Of a DNA stretch of 64,000 nt, positions 32,454 through 42,026 are shown one piece after another; the stretch's first letter is position 1, and each line of letters begins with the position of its first letter. Under the pieces are notes generated by a model. The model made no database searches and was not told the origin of the DNA. It worked only from the letters and a program-made list of their open reading frames with translations. The stretch is from an uncultured Chloroflexia bacterium (lineage in GTDB: Bacteria > Chloroflexota > Dehalococcoidia > UBA2979), in assembly GCA_963728205.1 (NCBI GenBank), contig CAVSIV010000001.1, positions 832,001 through 896,000 of the forward strand, read 5' to 3'. The position numbers were made by a program, and so were the translations under genes.

Positions 32454-32814
32454 CCTCCGCGGCGCGTGCCTGGAGGCGGTCGCCGTCGTCCAGCAGCCCG
32501 ACGAGCAGGTGCGCGACCTTGCGGTTGCGCGTCGCGGAGTGGCGCATTGGCTTCGTGGGATTGATCTCGTAGGAGTTTCGCCGGCCGATGCGCGTCGTCT
32601 CCAGGTAGCCGGCCACGCGCAGGTCGCGCAGGATGCGCGCCGCGGCGCGCTCGGTGATGCCGACGCCGTCGCCGACCTGGCGGACGGTGGCGTTCGGATG
32701 CTCGGCAACGTAGAGCAGGGCAGCGCCGTGGTTGGTGAGGAGCGCCCAGCGCGACGCGCCATCGCTCTCGCCGAACGCCGCCCGGGTCGAGTCGCGCCCG
32801 GTTTCCGTCGTCAT
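32440..32814 (-). CDS. winged-helix transcriptional regulator
   Basis: WALLTNHG...VGITERAAARILRDL...GRRNSY. Confidence 0.85.
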   Translation of the reverse strand: MTTETGRDSTRAAFGESDGASRWALLTNHGAALLYVAEHPNATVRQVGDGVGITERAAARILRDLRVAGYLETTRIGRRNSYEINPTKPMRHSATRNRKVAHLLVGLLDDGDRLQARAAEVSRS

Positions 32815-33024
32815 GGGCCGGCCCCCTCGGATCCGTGCAAACCTCGCGCCTGCTCTATATAGCATGACCCGGCGCGGCCGGCCGCATCACGTCACCGAGC
32901 GAGGCGACCGGCAGGCGTCATCCCGTCCTGCGTCGTACCGACCGGTCCGAGCTCGCGTGGGAGTCGCCGCTTCAGCCTGTCCACCGCATGGGGCGCGCCT
33001 GACGGTCGCACGGTACCGCCGTCG

Positions 33025-35269
33025 CTAGCCGCACTTCGTATAGCCGCAGGCGCGGCAGGTGAGGCACTGCTCGAGGAACTGCAGCTGCTGGCCGCAGTCC
33101 GGGCACGTCAGCCCGGAGTCGACCGGCTCGCCGGCCGGGTTCGGCACCCCGGCGTCGCCGAAGTGCAGCCGCAGCCAGCGGAAGACGTAGTCGAGGATGC
33201 TCGTCGCGAACGGGATCTGCGGGTTCGCCGTCACGCCGTACGGCTCGAAGCGGGTCTGCTCGAGCTTCGCCGCGAGCTTTTCGAGGCCGACGCCGTACTG
33301 CAGCGCGATCGAGGTGAGCAGGGCGACGGCGTCGGTCAGGCCGGACACCGTCGATCCTTCCTTGGCGATCTTGATGAAGACCTCGCCGACCGTGCCGTCT
33401 TCGAACAGGCCGGCCGTGATGTAGCCCTCCTGCTCGCCGACGCGGAACTTGTGGGTGATCGAGCGTCGCTCGTCGGGCAGGTGGCGGCGGTACGGCTCGG
33501 TCCGCCGGCCGGCTGCGGCGGCCTCCTGCGTGACCGCGTGCGCCAGCACCTGGACGGCGCGCGAGCCGTCGCGGTAGACGGTGACGCCCTTGCAGCCGAG
33601 CCGGTGCGCGAGCGTGTAGACGTGGTGCACGTCCTCGACGCTCGCCTCGCGGGCGAGGTTCACGGTCTTCGAGACGGCGAGGTCGGTGTGGGCCTGGAAT
33701 GCGGCCTGCATGCGGACGTGCCACTCGGGCGCGATCTCGTGCGCGGTGGCGAACCGCTCGCGCAGCGCGTCCGGCACGTCGGCGCGCGCCTGGAGCGGCG
33801 CGCCCTCCGCCAGGTCCTCGAACAGCGCGTCGAGCTCCGGCTCCGGGGCGAAGCCCGCCGCGCGGGCGGCCGCGCGGAACGCCTCGCTCACCTCGGGCAG
33901 CAGCGTGCCGTCGCCCATGCGCCGGTAGTGCGCGAGCGAGAACAGCGGCTCGATGCCCGACGAGGCGCCGGCGATGATCGCGATCGTGCCGGTGGGGGCG
34001 ATGCAGGTGCGCGTCGCGTTGCGGTAGCGGGGCCCGCCCGGCGCGTACATCGAACGCTCCCAGTTCGGGAACACGTCCTTCTCCGCGCCCAGCGCGGCCG
34101 ACGTCGCGTCGGCCGCCGCGCTCAGCTCCGACGCCAGGCGCGTTGCGAGCGCCAGCGCGGCGTCGCTCTCGTAGGGGATGCCGGCCGCGATCAGCAGGTC
34201 GGCGAAGCCCATGAGGCCGAGGCCGATCTTGCGGTTGCCGCGCACCGCATCTCCGATCTCCGGGACCGGGAAGACGTTGACCTCGACGACGTCGTCGAGA
34301 AAGCGCGTGCCGACGCGGACGGTCTCGCGCAGCGCCGGCCAGTCGACGTCGCCGGCGGCGGCGTCCCAGAACCGCGACACGTTGACCGAGCCGAGCGTGC
34401 ACGCCTCCCACGGCAGCAGCGGGACCTCGCCGCACGGGTTGGTGGCCTCGATCGCGCCGAGCGCCGGCGTGGGGTTGCTGCGGTTGATGGTGTCGAGGAA
34501 GACGAGCCCGGGGTCGCCGGTTTGCCACGCGGAGCGCGCGAATCTCGCCGAGCAGCGCGCGCGCGTTCACGCTCCCGCGCGGCGTCCCGTCGCGCGGGTC
34601 GCGCAGCGTGAACTCCTCGCCGCGCTCGGCGGCGGCCATGAACGCGTCCGTGACGCCAATCGAGAGGTTGAAGCGCTGGGCGCTGACGCCGTCGTCCTTG
34701 GCGTGGACGAACTCGACGATGTCCGGGTGGTCGACGCGGAGGATGCCCATGTTGGCGCCCTCGCGCTTGCCGCCCTGCGTGACGAGGCGCGAGACGTCGT
34801 CGTAGTGCTGCAGCACCGAGATCGGCCCGCAGGCAGAGCCGTGCGTGGAGGCGATGGGTTCGCCGCGGCCGCGCAGGCGCGAGAACGCGAAGCCCGTTCC
34901 GCCGCCGTACTTCTGCACCATCGCGGTCGCCGATGCCGTGGCCATGATCGATTCGAGCGTGTCGTCGACCGGGAGCACGAAGCACGCCGCCAGCGTGCCG
35001 CGGCCGGTGCCGGCGTTCATCAGGGTGGGGGAGTTCGGCAGGAAGCGGAGTGCGGCCATCTCGTCGTAGAAGCGCTGCGCCCACGCCCGTCGCGCCTCGT
35101 CCGTCCGCTCGGCGTCGGCGACCGCGCGCGCGACGCGCGATAGCAACTCCTCCGGCGTCTCGGCGATCGCCCCGGCGTCGTCCTTCAGCAGGTAGCGGCG
35201 CTCGAGCACGGTCCGTGCGTTCGCCGTGAGCGCGACGGGCGTCGCGCGGATCTCGTCGGTGGCGACCAT
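33025..35269 (-). CDS. nrdJ: class II (adenosylcobalamin-dependent) ribonucleotide reductase; +1 frameshift at ~34542
   Basis: PNSPTLMNAG, ACFV, TNPCGE, APTGT, KGVTVYRDGSR, C-terminal zinc finger; removing one base from GAGATTC gives EIARSAWQTGDPG. Confidence 0.93.
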
Positions 35270-35313
35270 GGCGTTTCCCCCCGCCGCGGCCCGGCAGTCG
35301 GACGATCCTAGCA

Positions 35314-35325
35314 GAACATGTGTTC
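35314..35325. promoter_or_regulatory. LexA (SOS) box upstream of nrdJ
   Basis: GAACATGTGTTC, a perfect GAAC-N4-GTTC ~45 nt before the start. Confidence 0.7.
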
Positions 35326-35589
35326 CGATGTCGACCCCGGACGCGCCCACGGCGACGTGCTCGCGCTTCGATCGTAGTGCATCGAACGCAGTCGGGAGCG
35401 CATGCCGCAATGCGAATGTGATGCGTGCGGCGGACGCGTATGCGGCTTCGTTGCCGCGTTCATCCACGCTGGTGACGGTCGGTGGAAAAGTGCGGCGGGC
35501 ACGTGATGGCGTTGCGATGCCGGTGCGGGCGACCGATGCGGAGATGTCACGCAGGCTATCCACGCTGGGGACGGGCGGTGGACATCACC

Positions 35590-35724
35590 GGCGAACGGCA
35601 CCCCGTCAGCGGGCTGAGGGGGCCTGTCCGGACCCCGTAATCTCACGAGCGGTGAGCGATCGGCACGGCAGGTGAACCCCGGTCGCGCGGGGCGCTTCAG
35701 CCCGCTGACGCGGTGCCGTTCGCC
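35590..35724. repeat. REP-like family A inverted pair
   Basis: 35590-35618 and 35696-35724 are inverted copies. Confidence 0.75.
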
Positions 35725-35756
35725 GGCCGGCCGGGCCCGCCGCGCGGGCCCGCTCG

Positions 35757-36395
35757 TTAGACCGTGAGCGGACGCGCGGTGCTGATCGAGATCGGGGCGC
35801 GGTTGAGAACGTCGTCGTCCAGGTCGAGGTCGTCGACGCACTCCAGGTCGTCGAGGTCGCCGGGCATCATGCCGGCGGCGAGGTGCCCGGCGAGCATCTC
35901 CGTGAGCTCGTCGGTGAAGAGCGACGCCTGCTCGGGCGGCGCGACGGCGGGGCTGAGCGCGATGCGCTGCAGCTCCTCGAGCATCTGCTCCAACGACACG
36001 AACTGGTGGTAGACCGACGCGAAGCGGATGTACGCGATCGCGTCGAGCGGCTTGAGGCGCGCGATCGCCATCTCCCCGATCACGCGGCTGGGGACCTCGC
36101 TGCGGCCGGAGCCCATGAGGTGCTGCTCGATGTCATCGACGATGGCGTCGACGGCGCCGGTCGGCAGCGGGCGCTTGCGGGCGGCGACGCGCAGCCCGTT
36201 GAGCAGCTTCTCCCGCTGGAACTCCTCGCGGCGCCCGTCCTTCTTCGCCACCATCACGACCGCGCGCTGCACCTGCTCGTAGGTCGTGAAGCGCTCCTCG
36301 CACTGCGTGCACATCCGGCGTCGCCGGATGCCGCCGTCGGTCGCGCGCGAGTCCAGCACCTTGGTCGCCGATCGGCCGCAGAAGGGGCACTTCAT
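35757..36395 (-). CDS. nrdR: transcriptional repressor NrdR with an extended C-terminus
   Basis: MKCPFC..VLDSR..IRRRRMC..C..RFTTYE, ATP cone, AYIRFASVY; AAGGA RBS. Confidence 0.96.
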   Translation of the reverse strand: MKCPFCGRSATKVLDSRATDGGIRRRRMCTQCEERFTTYEQVQRAVVMVAKKDGRREEFQREKLLNGLRVAARKRPLPTGAVDAIVDDIEQHLMGSGRSEVPSRVIGEMAIARLKPLDAIAYIRFASVYHQFVSLEQMLEELQRIALSPAVAPPEQASLFTDELTEMLAGHLAAGMMPGDLDDLECVDDLDLDDDVLNRAPISISTARPLTV

Positions 36396-36590
36396 GAACA
36401 CGACATCCTTGCGTGGGGGAGGGACGGACGGTGGTCTGGCGCAGGGCGGAGTACACCACGGCGGCCCCCCCACGACAACGGAGGCTGTGCACAGGCTTGT
36501 GCCGCAAGTGTCCACGTAAGGTTGCGGGCGTGTGCACGCCCCGGCCCCCGCGAACGTGGTGGCCGCGCGTCGCGCGCCCCCCGCGCCGGC

Positions 36591-36692
36591 GACGAGCGGA
36601 AGGCCTGCGGCCTTCCGACTCAACCCCGCGGGACATGGATCGTCCGGTCACGCGGGATCGAGTCGGAGGGCCGGCAGGCCCTCCGCTCGCCG
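36591..36692. repeat. REP-like family B inverted pair downstream of ftsZ
   Basis: GAGCGGAAGGC..GCCTTCCGACTC / GAGTCGGAGGGC..GCCCTCCGCTCGCC. Confidence 0.75.
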
Positions 36693-36701
36693 GGCGGTGC
36701 C

Positions 36702-38657
36702 TTACCGCGTCGGGAAGGTGCGGCGCAGGAACGTCGGCAGGTCCGCCTCCGTCAGCGCGTCGCTCGTCGGGTCGGCGCGGATCTCGCCGAGCTTGATCGG
36801 CTTCGGCTCGTCGCGCTGGTCGAGCACCTGGCGGATGTTCATGCGCGGCGCGCCGCTGAAGCCCGTCGCGATCACCGTGATGCGCACCTCGTCCGAGAGC
36901 GAGTCGTCCATGCTCGTGCCGAAGATGATCTCCGCCTCCGGGTCGACGACCTCCGCGATCACGCGGGCGGCCTGGTCGAGCTCGCGCAGGCTGAGGTTCT
37001 TCGGCCCCGTCACGTTGAACAGCACGCCCGTCGCGCCTGTGATGTCGACCTCGAGCAGCGGGCTCGCGATCGCCTGGCGCGCGGCCTCGACGGCCCGGTG
37101 CTCGCCGCGGCTCGACCCGATCGCCATCAGCGCCGGGCCGGCGTCCGACATGATCTTGCGCACGTCGGCGAAGTCGAGGTTCACCATGCCGGGCACCGTG
37201 ATCAGCTCGCTGATGCCCTGGATGCCCTGGCGCAGGACGTCGTCGGCGGTCTTGAAGGCCTCCTCGATGGAGATGTCGTCGCTGCTGATCTGCAGCAGGC
37301 GGTCGTTCGGGATCACGATCAGCGTGTCGACCTTGTCCTGCAGATCGCGCACGCCCTCCTCGGCCTGCTGGCGGCGCTTGGCGCCCTCGAAGGTGAACGG
37401 CTTGGTGACGACGCCGATCGTGAGAGCGCCGAGCTCGCGCGCGACCTCGGCGACGATCGGCGCGGCGCCGGTGCCGGTGCCGCCGCCGAGGCAGGCGGTG
37501 ACGAACACCATCTCCGCCCCGGCGAGCGCCTCGCCCAGCGCCTCGCGCGACTCCTCTGCCGCGCGCTGGCCGCGCAGCGGGTCGCTGCCGGCGCCGAGGC
37601 CGCGCGTGAGCCGGTCGCCGATGCGCACCTTCAGCTCCGCGTTGCAGTGCTCGAGCGCCTGCATATCGGTGTTCACCGCGACGTACTGCACGCCCGGCAG
37701 CCGGGCGGCGATCATCCGCTTGACGGCGTTCGAGCCGCCGCCGCCGACGCCCACGACCTTGATCGGGGGCAGGCCATCGAAATCGTGGACCATGCTGGCA
37801 ACCTCTCTCTCGTCGCCGTCCCGCTCGGGCAGCGACGCCTGCTCGTCAGCCGTCGAACGCGCCGCCGCCCGTGCCGGCCGCCCGGCACCGCTCGCCTTCG
37901 TCGTGCTGCGCTCTGCTGGTTCGGCCCCCGCCGTGCGCGCACCCGACCGCGCGCTGGTCTCGTCGACTGTCGTGTCCGCCGGCGCGGGCGTTGCCGCGGC
38001 GGCGCGCTCGTGGCCGTGGTCGCGCGGCGGCGCCGTCCGCAGCGGGGCCGCGCGACCTCCGCGTTCCGCGAGCTCCGCGGCGACCTCCGCCTCCGCGCCG
38101 CCCGCCGCCCGCTCGTGGCGGCGCGGAGGCACGTCGGGCGGCGCCTGCATGTCGTCCTCAATCCGCGCCCGCGCCGCCTCGCGCAGTTCGCGCACGCGGT
38201 CGTGCGTCGTCATCGGCACGTCGAACTCCGACGCGCTCGTCTCGGGCGGCGGCTCCGCCGCGAGGTCGAGCCCCTCGTCCTGCGCGCCGCGCGCCGCGTC
38301 GTCCGCCGCGTCGAGCGCCGAGACGTCGACGAGCCTGTAGGCATCCGCTTCGACCGCGTCGGCCGGGTCGGCGTCGCTCTCCGCGTCGACGCCGTCGTGC
38401 GGCGGCGCGCCGGCGAACGCGTCCGCGCCGGGATCGCCCGCCGTCGCGTCGAAGCCCGCGCGCGGCCCGATCGCGGCGGCCGCCTCGGCCGCGCGCCGCT
38501 CCGCGGCGTCGGCGCGGGCGCGCCGCTCGGCGAGCCGCGCCGACTGCAGGTAGTCGAACAGCGTGCCGGGCCCCATCGGGTCGCGGTGGCCGTCCGGCTC
38601 CGGCCACTCGCCGCCGTCCTCGCGGTGCGGCTCTTGCGGCTGCTGTGGCTGGCTCAT
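36702..38657 (-). CDS. ftsZ: cell division protein FtsZ with a long N-terminal extension (alternative start 37793)
   Basis: [28 protein letters not shown]-terminal DLPTFLR; start position uncertain. Confidence 0.93.
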   Translation of the reverse strand: MSQPQQPQEPHREDGGEWPEPDGHRDPMGPGTLFDYLQSARLAERRARADAAERRAAEAAAAIGPRAGFDATAGDPGADAFAGAPPHDGVDAESDADPADAVEADAYRLVDVSALDAADDAARGAQDEGLDLAAEPPPETSASEFDVPMTTHDRVRELREAARARIEDDMQAPPDVPPRRHERAAGGAEAEVAAELAERGGRAAPLRTAPPRDHGHERAAAATPAPADTTVDETSARSGARTAGAEPAERSTTKASGAGRPARAAARSTADEQASLPERDGDEREVASMVHDFDGLPPIKVVGVGGGGSNAVKRMIAARLPGVQYVAVNTDMQALEHCNAELKVRIGDRLTRGLGAGSDPLRGQRAAEESREALGEALAGAEMVFVTACLGGGTGTGAAPIVAEVARELGALTIGVVTKPFTFEGAKRRQQAEEGVRDLQDKVDTLIVIPNDRLLQISSDDISIEEAFKTADDVLRQGIQGISELITVPGMVNLDFADVRKIMSDAGPALMAIGSSRGEHRAVEAARQAIASPLLEVDITGATGVLFNVTGPKNLSLRELDQAARVIAEVVDPEAEIIFGTSMDDSLSDEVRITVIATGFSGAPRMNIRQVLDQRDEPKPIKLGEIRADPTSDALTEADLPTFLRRTFPTR

Positions 38658-38686
38658 GTCGTCCTCCCGTCCATGGGGTGGCGCGC

Positions 38687-39926
38687 TCATTGCGGCAGGA
38701 TCACGCGCATCAGGTGCGCGACCCGCTTCAGCATCCCGCCCAGCGGGGCCACCGGCCCCGGCGCGGAACGGAACATGATCGCCTGCTCCTTGAGCGCCCA
38801 GCGGAGCAGGCCGACGGAGGTGGCATAGGCGGGGTCGTGGAGGATGTCCGACAGCCCGGCGAGGTGCCGCGGCCGCCCGATGCGCGCCGGCAGCGAGAGC
38901 ACCTCCTCGGCGAGGAGGTCGATCCCGGGCAGGCCCGCCGCGCCGCCGGTGAGCACGACGCCGGCGGAGAGGGTCTCGGGCTCGGCGCCGCGCCGGATCT
39001 CGGCGAGCGCCATCTCGAGCATCTCCTCGGTGCGCGCCTGCAGCACCTCGGCCATCAGGCGGCGGCTCACCGTCTTGTGGCCGTCCGAGCCGAATGCGTC
39101 GATCTCGACCTCTTCGTTCTCGTCGACCAGCGACGGGATCGCGTGCCCGCGCTCGCGCTTCGCGCGCTCGGCCGCCGGCTGCGGCACGCGCAGCGCGACC
39201 ACGAGGTCGCGCGTCATGTGCAGCCCGCCCACCGGCAGCACCGCGGTGTGCACGACGGCGCCGTTCACGATCACGCAGACGTCGGTCGTGCCGCCGCCGA
39301 TGTCGATCAGCGCCACGCCCTGCTGCTGCTCCTCGAGGTCGACGACCGCCTCCACGGAGGCGAGCGGCTCGAGCACGAGCGACTCGACGCGTACGCCCGC
39401 GCCCTCCACGCACTGCACGAGGTTGTTCATCGCCGACGACGACGACGTGACGACGTGCGTCTCGACGTCGAGTCGCGAGCCGAACATGCCGAGCGGGTCG
39501 ACTCACGTGTTCCTGGCCGTCCACGACGTAGTAGCGCGGGACGACGTGGATCACCTCGCGGTTGTTCGGCACGTTGACGATGCGCGCGCTCTCCAGGGCG
39601 CGGTGGATGTCGCCCTCCGTGATCGGGTTGCGCGGGTCGGCGATGGCGACGATGCCGCGCGAGTTCATCGATGAGACGTGCGGACCGGCGATGCCGACGT
39701 GCGCCGAGAGGATGCGCGTGCCGGACGCGCGCTCGGCGCGCTCGACCGACGAGGCGATCGCCTCGATGGCCGCGTGGACGTTGTCGACCATGCCTTTCGA
39801 CATCCCGGCCGACGGGCCCACTCCGACGCCGAGGATGCGCAGCTCACGCTGAGCGGCCACCTCCGCGACGATCGTGCAGACCTTCGTCGTGCCGACGTCG
39901 ATGGCGGCGATGCTGGGGTTCGCCAT
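38687..39926 (-). CDS. ftsA: cell division protein FtsA; +1 frameshift at ~39502
   Basis: [28 protein letters not shown]; halves in adjacent frames. Confidence 0.92.
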
Positions 39927-40016
39927 TACCTCGCGCCCTTCGGACGGCGGACCGTGGCCCGCGCGTCTGTTAGCTGGTTTTCAATCCCGCGCGCCCGCCC
40001 GGGCGCGGTTGGGTTC

Positions 40017-40098
40017 GTGGTTCGACTGCGCTCACCACGAACGGGTCGACCGAGCGGCTGCCTCACACGACCGTTCGCGGTGAGCGCAGTCGAACCAC
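40017..40098. repeat. REP-like family E inverted pair (GGTTCGACTGCGCTCACCACGAACGG)
   Basis: 28-bp arms with one mismatch between ftsQ and ftsA. Confidence 0.75.
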
Positions 40099-40954
40099 TC
40101 ATCGCATCACCACCCGCTGGCCGAACCGCAGGTCGATCTCGCGCGCCGTGCGCTGGTCCTGGGAGAGCTCCCGGAGCAGCGCGCCCCAGGTCGCGACCTT
40201 GAAGCCGTAGTTGCTGGAGTCGCCGAACACGACGTCGGGGCCGCCGTCGATCAGCACCGTCAGGCCGCGGTCGTGGCGGAACACGAAGCCGGTCGGCTTG
40301 ACGTGCAACCGGTCGAGCGTGCCGTCCGAGAGCAGTTGCGCGACCAGGCGCACCGTGTCCGGGTCGGTGATGTGGCCGTCGGGGAAGTCGGTCGGTCCGC
40401 CGATCTCGATGACCGTCGGCGCGTTCGCCGCCGGCGGTCGAGCCTTCGCGAGGATGAGGCCGGTGTCGTCGATTCTCGAAGCGGCGGCCGCCCGACTGCC
40501 AGAAGCCCCACGCCTGCCGCTCGACGATGTCGATGGCGACCCCGTGCGGCCAGCGGCGCGCGACCGTCGCGCTCTTCACCTCGGGCAGCTGCTCGATGCG
40601 CTGCGCGGCGGCGGCGAGGTTGAGGGTGAGCAGCGAGTCGTGCGACACGGCGGCGGTGCGCGCGACCTCCTGCGGATCGGCGACCTGCGCGCCGTTCACG
40701 GTGATGTCGCGCACGCGCAGGGACTCCCCGAGCAGCAGCCAGGCGATGCCGTAGACGACGCCGCCGGTCAGCGCGACGAGGCCGATCCCGAAGCCGATGC
40801 GCCGCCACGCGATGCGCACCTGCCGCGGCGGGCGGCGGCGCTCGGCCGGGCCGACCGTGAAGCGGCGCGGCGCCGCCTGCGCGCGGACCGGACGCACGCC
40901 GCGCTTCGAGCCGGCGCGCCCGCGGCGCTGGAACGGGTTGGGGAGGCTAGGCAT
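40099..40954 (-). CDS. ftsQ: cell division protein FtsQ/DivIB; +1 frameshift at ~40473
   Basis: TM plus POTRA (LPEVKSATVARRWPH), terminal IDLRF; removing one base from GAGAATC gives FEIDDTG. Confidence 0.88.
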
Positions 40955-42026
40955 GGGCGCGCGCCTCCCGGTGTCGCTCGATGCCGAGATCGACCAGCCG
41001 CGAGATCAGCTCGGCGTACGAGACGCCGGCTTCCTGCCACAGCCGCGGATACATCGAGATCGGGGTGAAGCCGGGCAGCGTGTTCAGCTCGATGCAGCGC
41101 ACGTCGCCGCCGGGCTGCACGAAGAAGTCGACGCGCGACAGCCCGGCGCAGTCGAGCGCGCGGAAGGCGCGCACGGCCAGGTCCTGCACGCGCGCAGCGG
41201 TCTCGCCGTCGACCTCCGCCGGCACCACGAGGTCCGTGGTGTCGTCCAGGTACTTGGCGTCGTAGTCGTAGAACTCGGCGCGTGGGCGGATCTCGCCGAG
41301 CGGCGACGGGCGCGGCTCGGCGTTGCCGAGCACCGCGCACTCCACCTCGCGGCCGGACAGCGCGGCCTCGACGATCACCTTGCGGTCGTGCCGCGCCGCC
41401 ACGGCGATGGCGCCGTCGAGGTCCTCGCGCGAGCGCGCCTTGCTCACGCCGACGGACGAGCCGCCGTTGCACGGTTTCACGAAGCACGGGTAGCCGAGCG
41501 CCTCGATCGCGCGCAGCGCGTCATGCGAGGGCGCGCGGACGTCGTCGTCGCGCAGCACGTGGTACGCGGCCTGGGGGATGCCGGCGGCGGCGAAGACGGC
41601 GCGCATCAGCTCCTTGTCCATGCCGATCGCGCTGGCCGCGACGCCCGGGCCCACGTACGGCAGGTCGGCCATCTCGAGGAACCCCTGGAGCGTGCCGTCC
41701 TCGCCGAACGTGCCGTGCACGATCGGGAAGACGACGTCGACGGCGCGTAGCGCGTCGAGCACCGCGGGGTAGGCGAGCACGTTGCCGCCCGGGTCGTCGC
41801 CGATGCCGCGCGTCTCGCCGGCCTCGACGCGCTGCATGCGCCGGCGGGTCTCGTCGGGCGTGAGCCAGGCGCCGCCGCGGGTGATGCCGAACGGGATGAC
41901 CTCGAAGCGCGCGGCGTCGGCCTCGCGCATGATCGAGCGCGCGGAGGTCACGGAGACCTCGTGCTCCGCGCTGCGCCCGCCGAAGACGACGGCGAGCCGC
42001 TCGCGGCCGGCCGATGGTGGCGTCAT
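40947..42026 (-). CDS. ddl: D-alanine--D-alanine ligase
   Basis: FGGRSAEHEVS, HGTFGEDG, GSSVG, YDYDAKY, ELNTLPGFT. Confidence 0.96.
   Translation of the reverse strand: MTPPSAGRERLAVVFGGRSAEHEVSVTSARSIMREADAARFEVIPFGITRGGAWLTPDETRRRMQRVEAGETRGIGDDPGGNVLAYPAVLDALRAVDVVFPIVHGTFGEDGTLQGFLEMADLPYVGPGVAASAIGMDKELMRAVFAAAGIPQAAYHVLRDDDVRAPSHDALRAIEALGYPCFVKPCNGGSSVGVSKARSREDLDGAIAVAARHDRKVIVEAALSGREVECAVLGNAEPRPSPLGEIRPRAEFYDYDAKYLDDTTDLVVPAEVDGETAARVQDLAVRAFRALDCAGLSRVDFFVQPGGDVRCIELNTLPGFTPISMYPRLWQEAGVSYAELISRLVDLGIERHREARAHA

Noticed and set aside
36702-39926. 1074-aa FtsA-FtsZ fusion in the ORF track
   Set aside because: Produced by the frameshift at ~39502; the rest of FtsA is in the adjacent frame and ends at 38687
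33025-40954. nrdJ, ftsA and ftsQ as genuine pseudogenes or programmed frameshifts
   Set aside because: Single lesions at a shared motif, no slippery sequences and no other decay; sequencing error is more parsimonious
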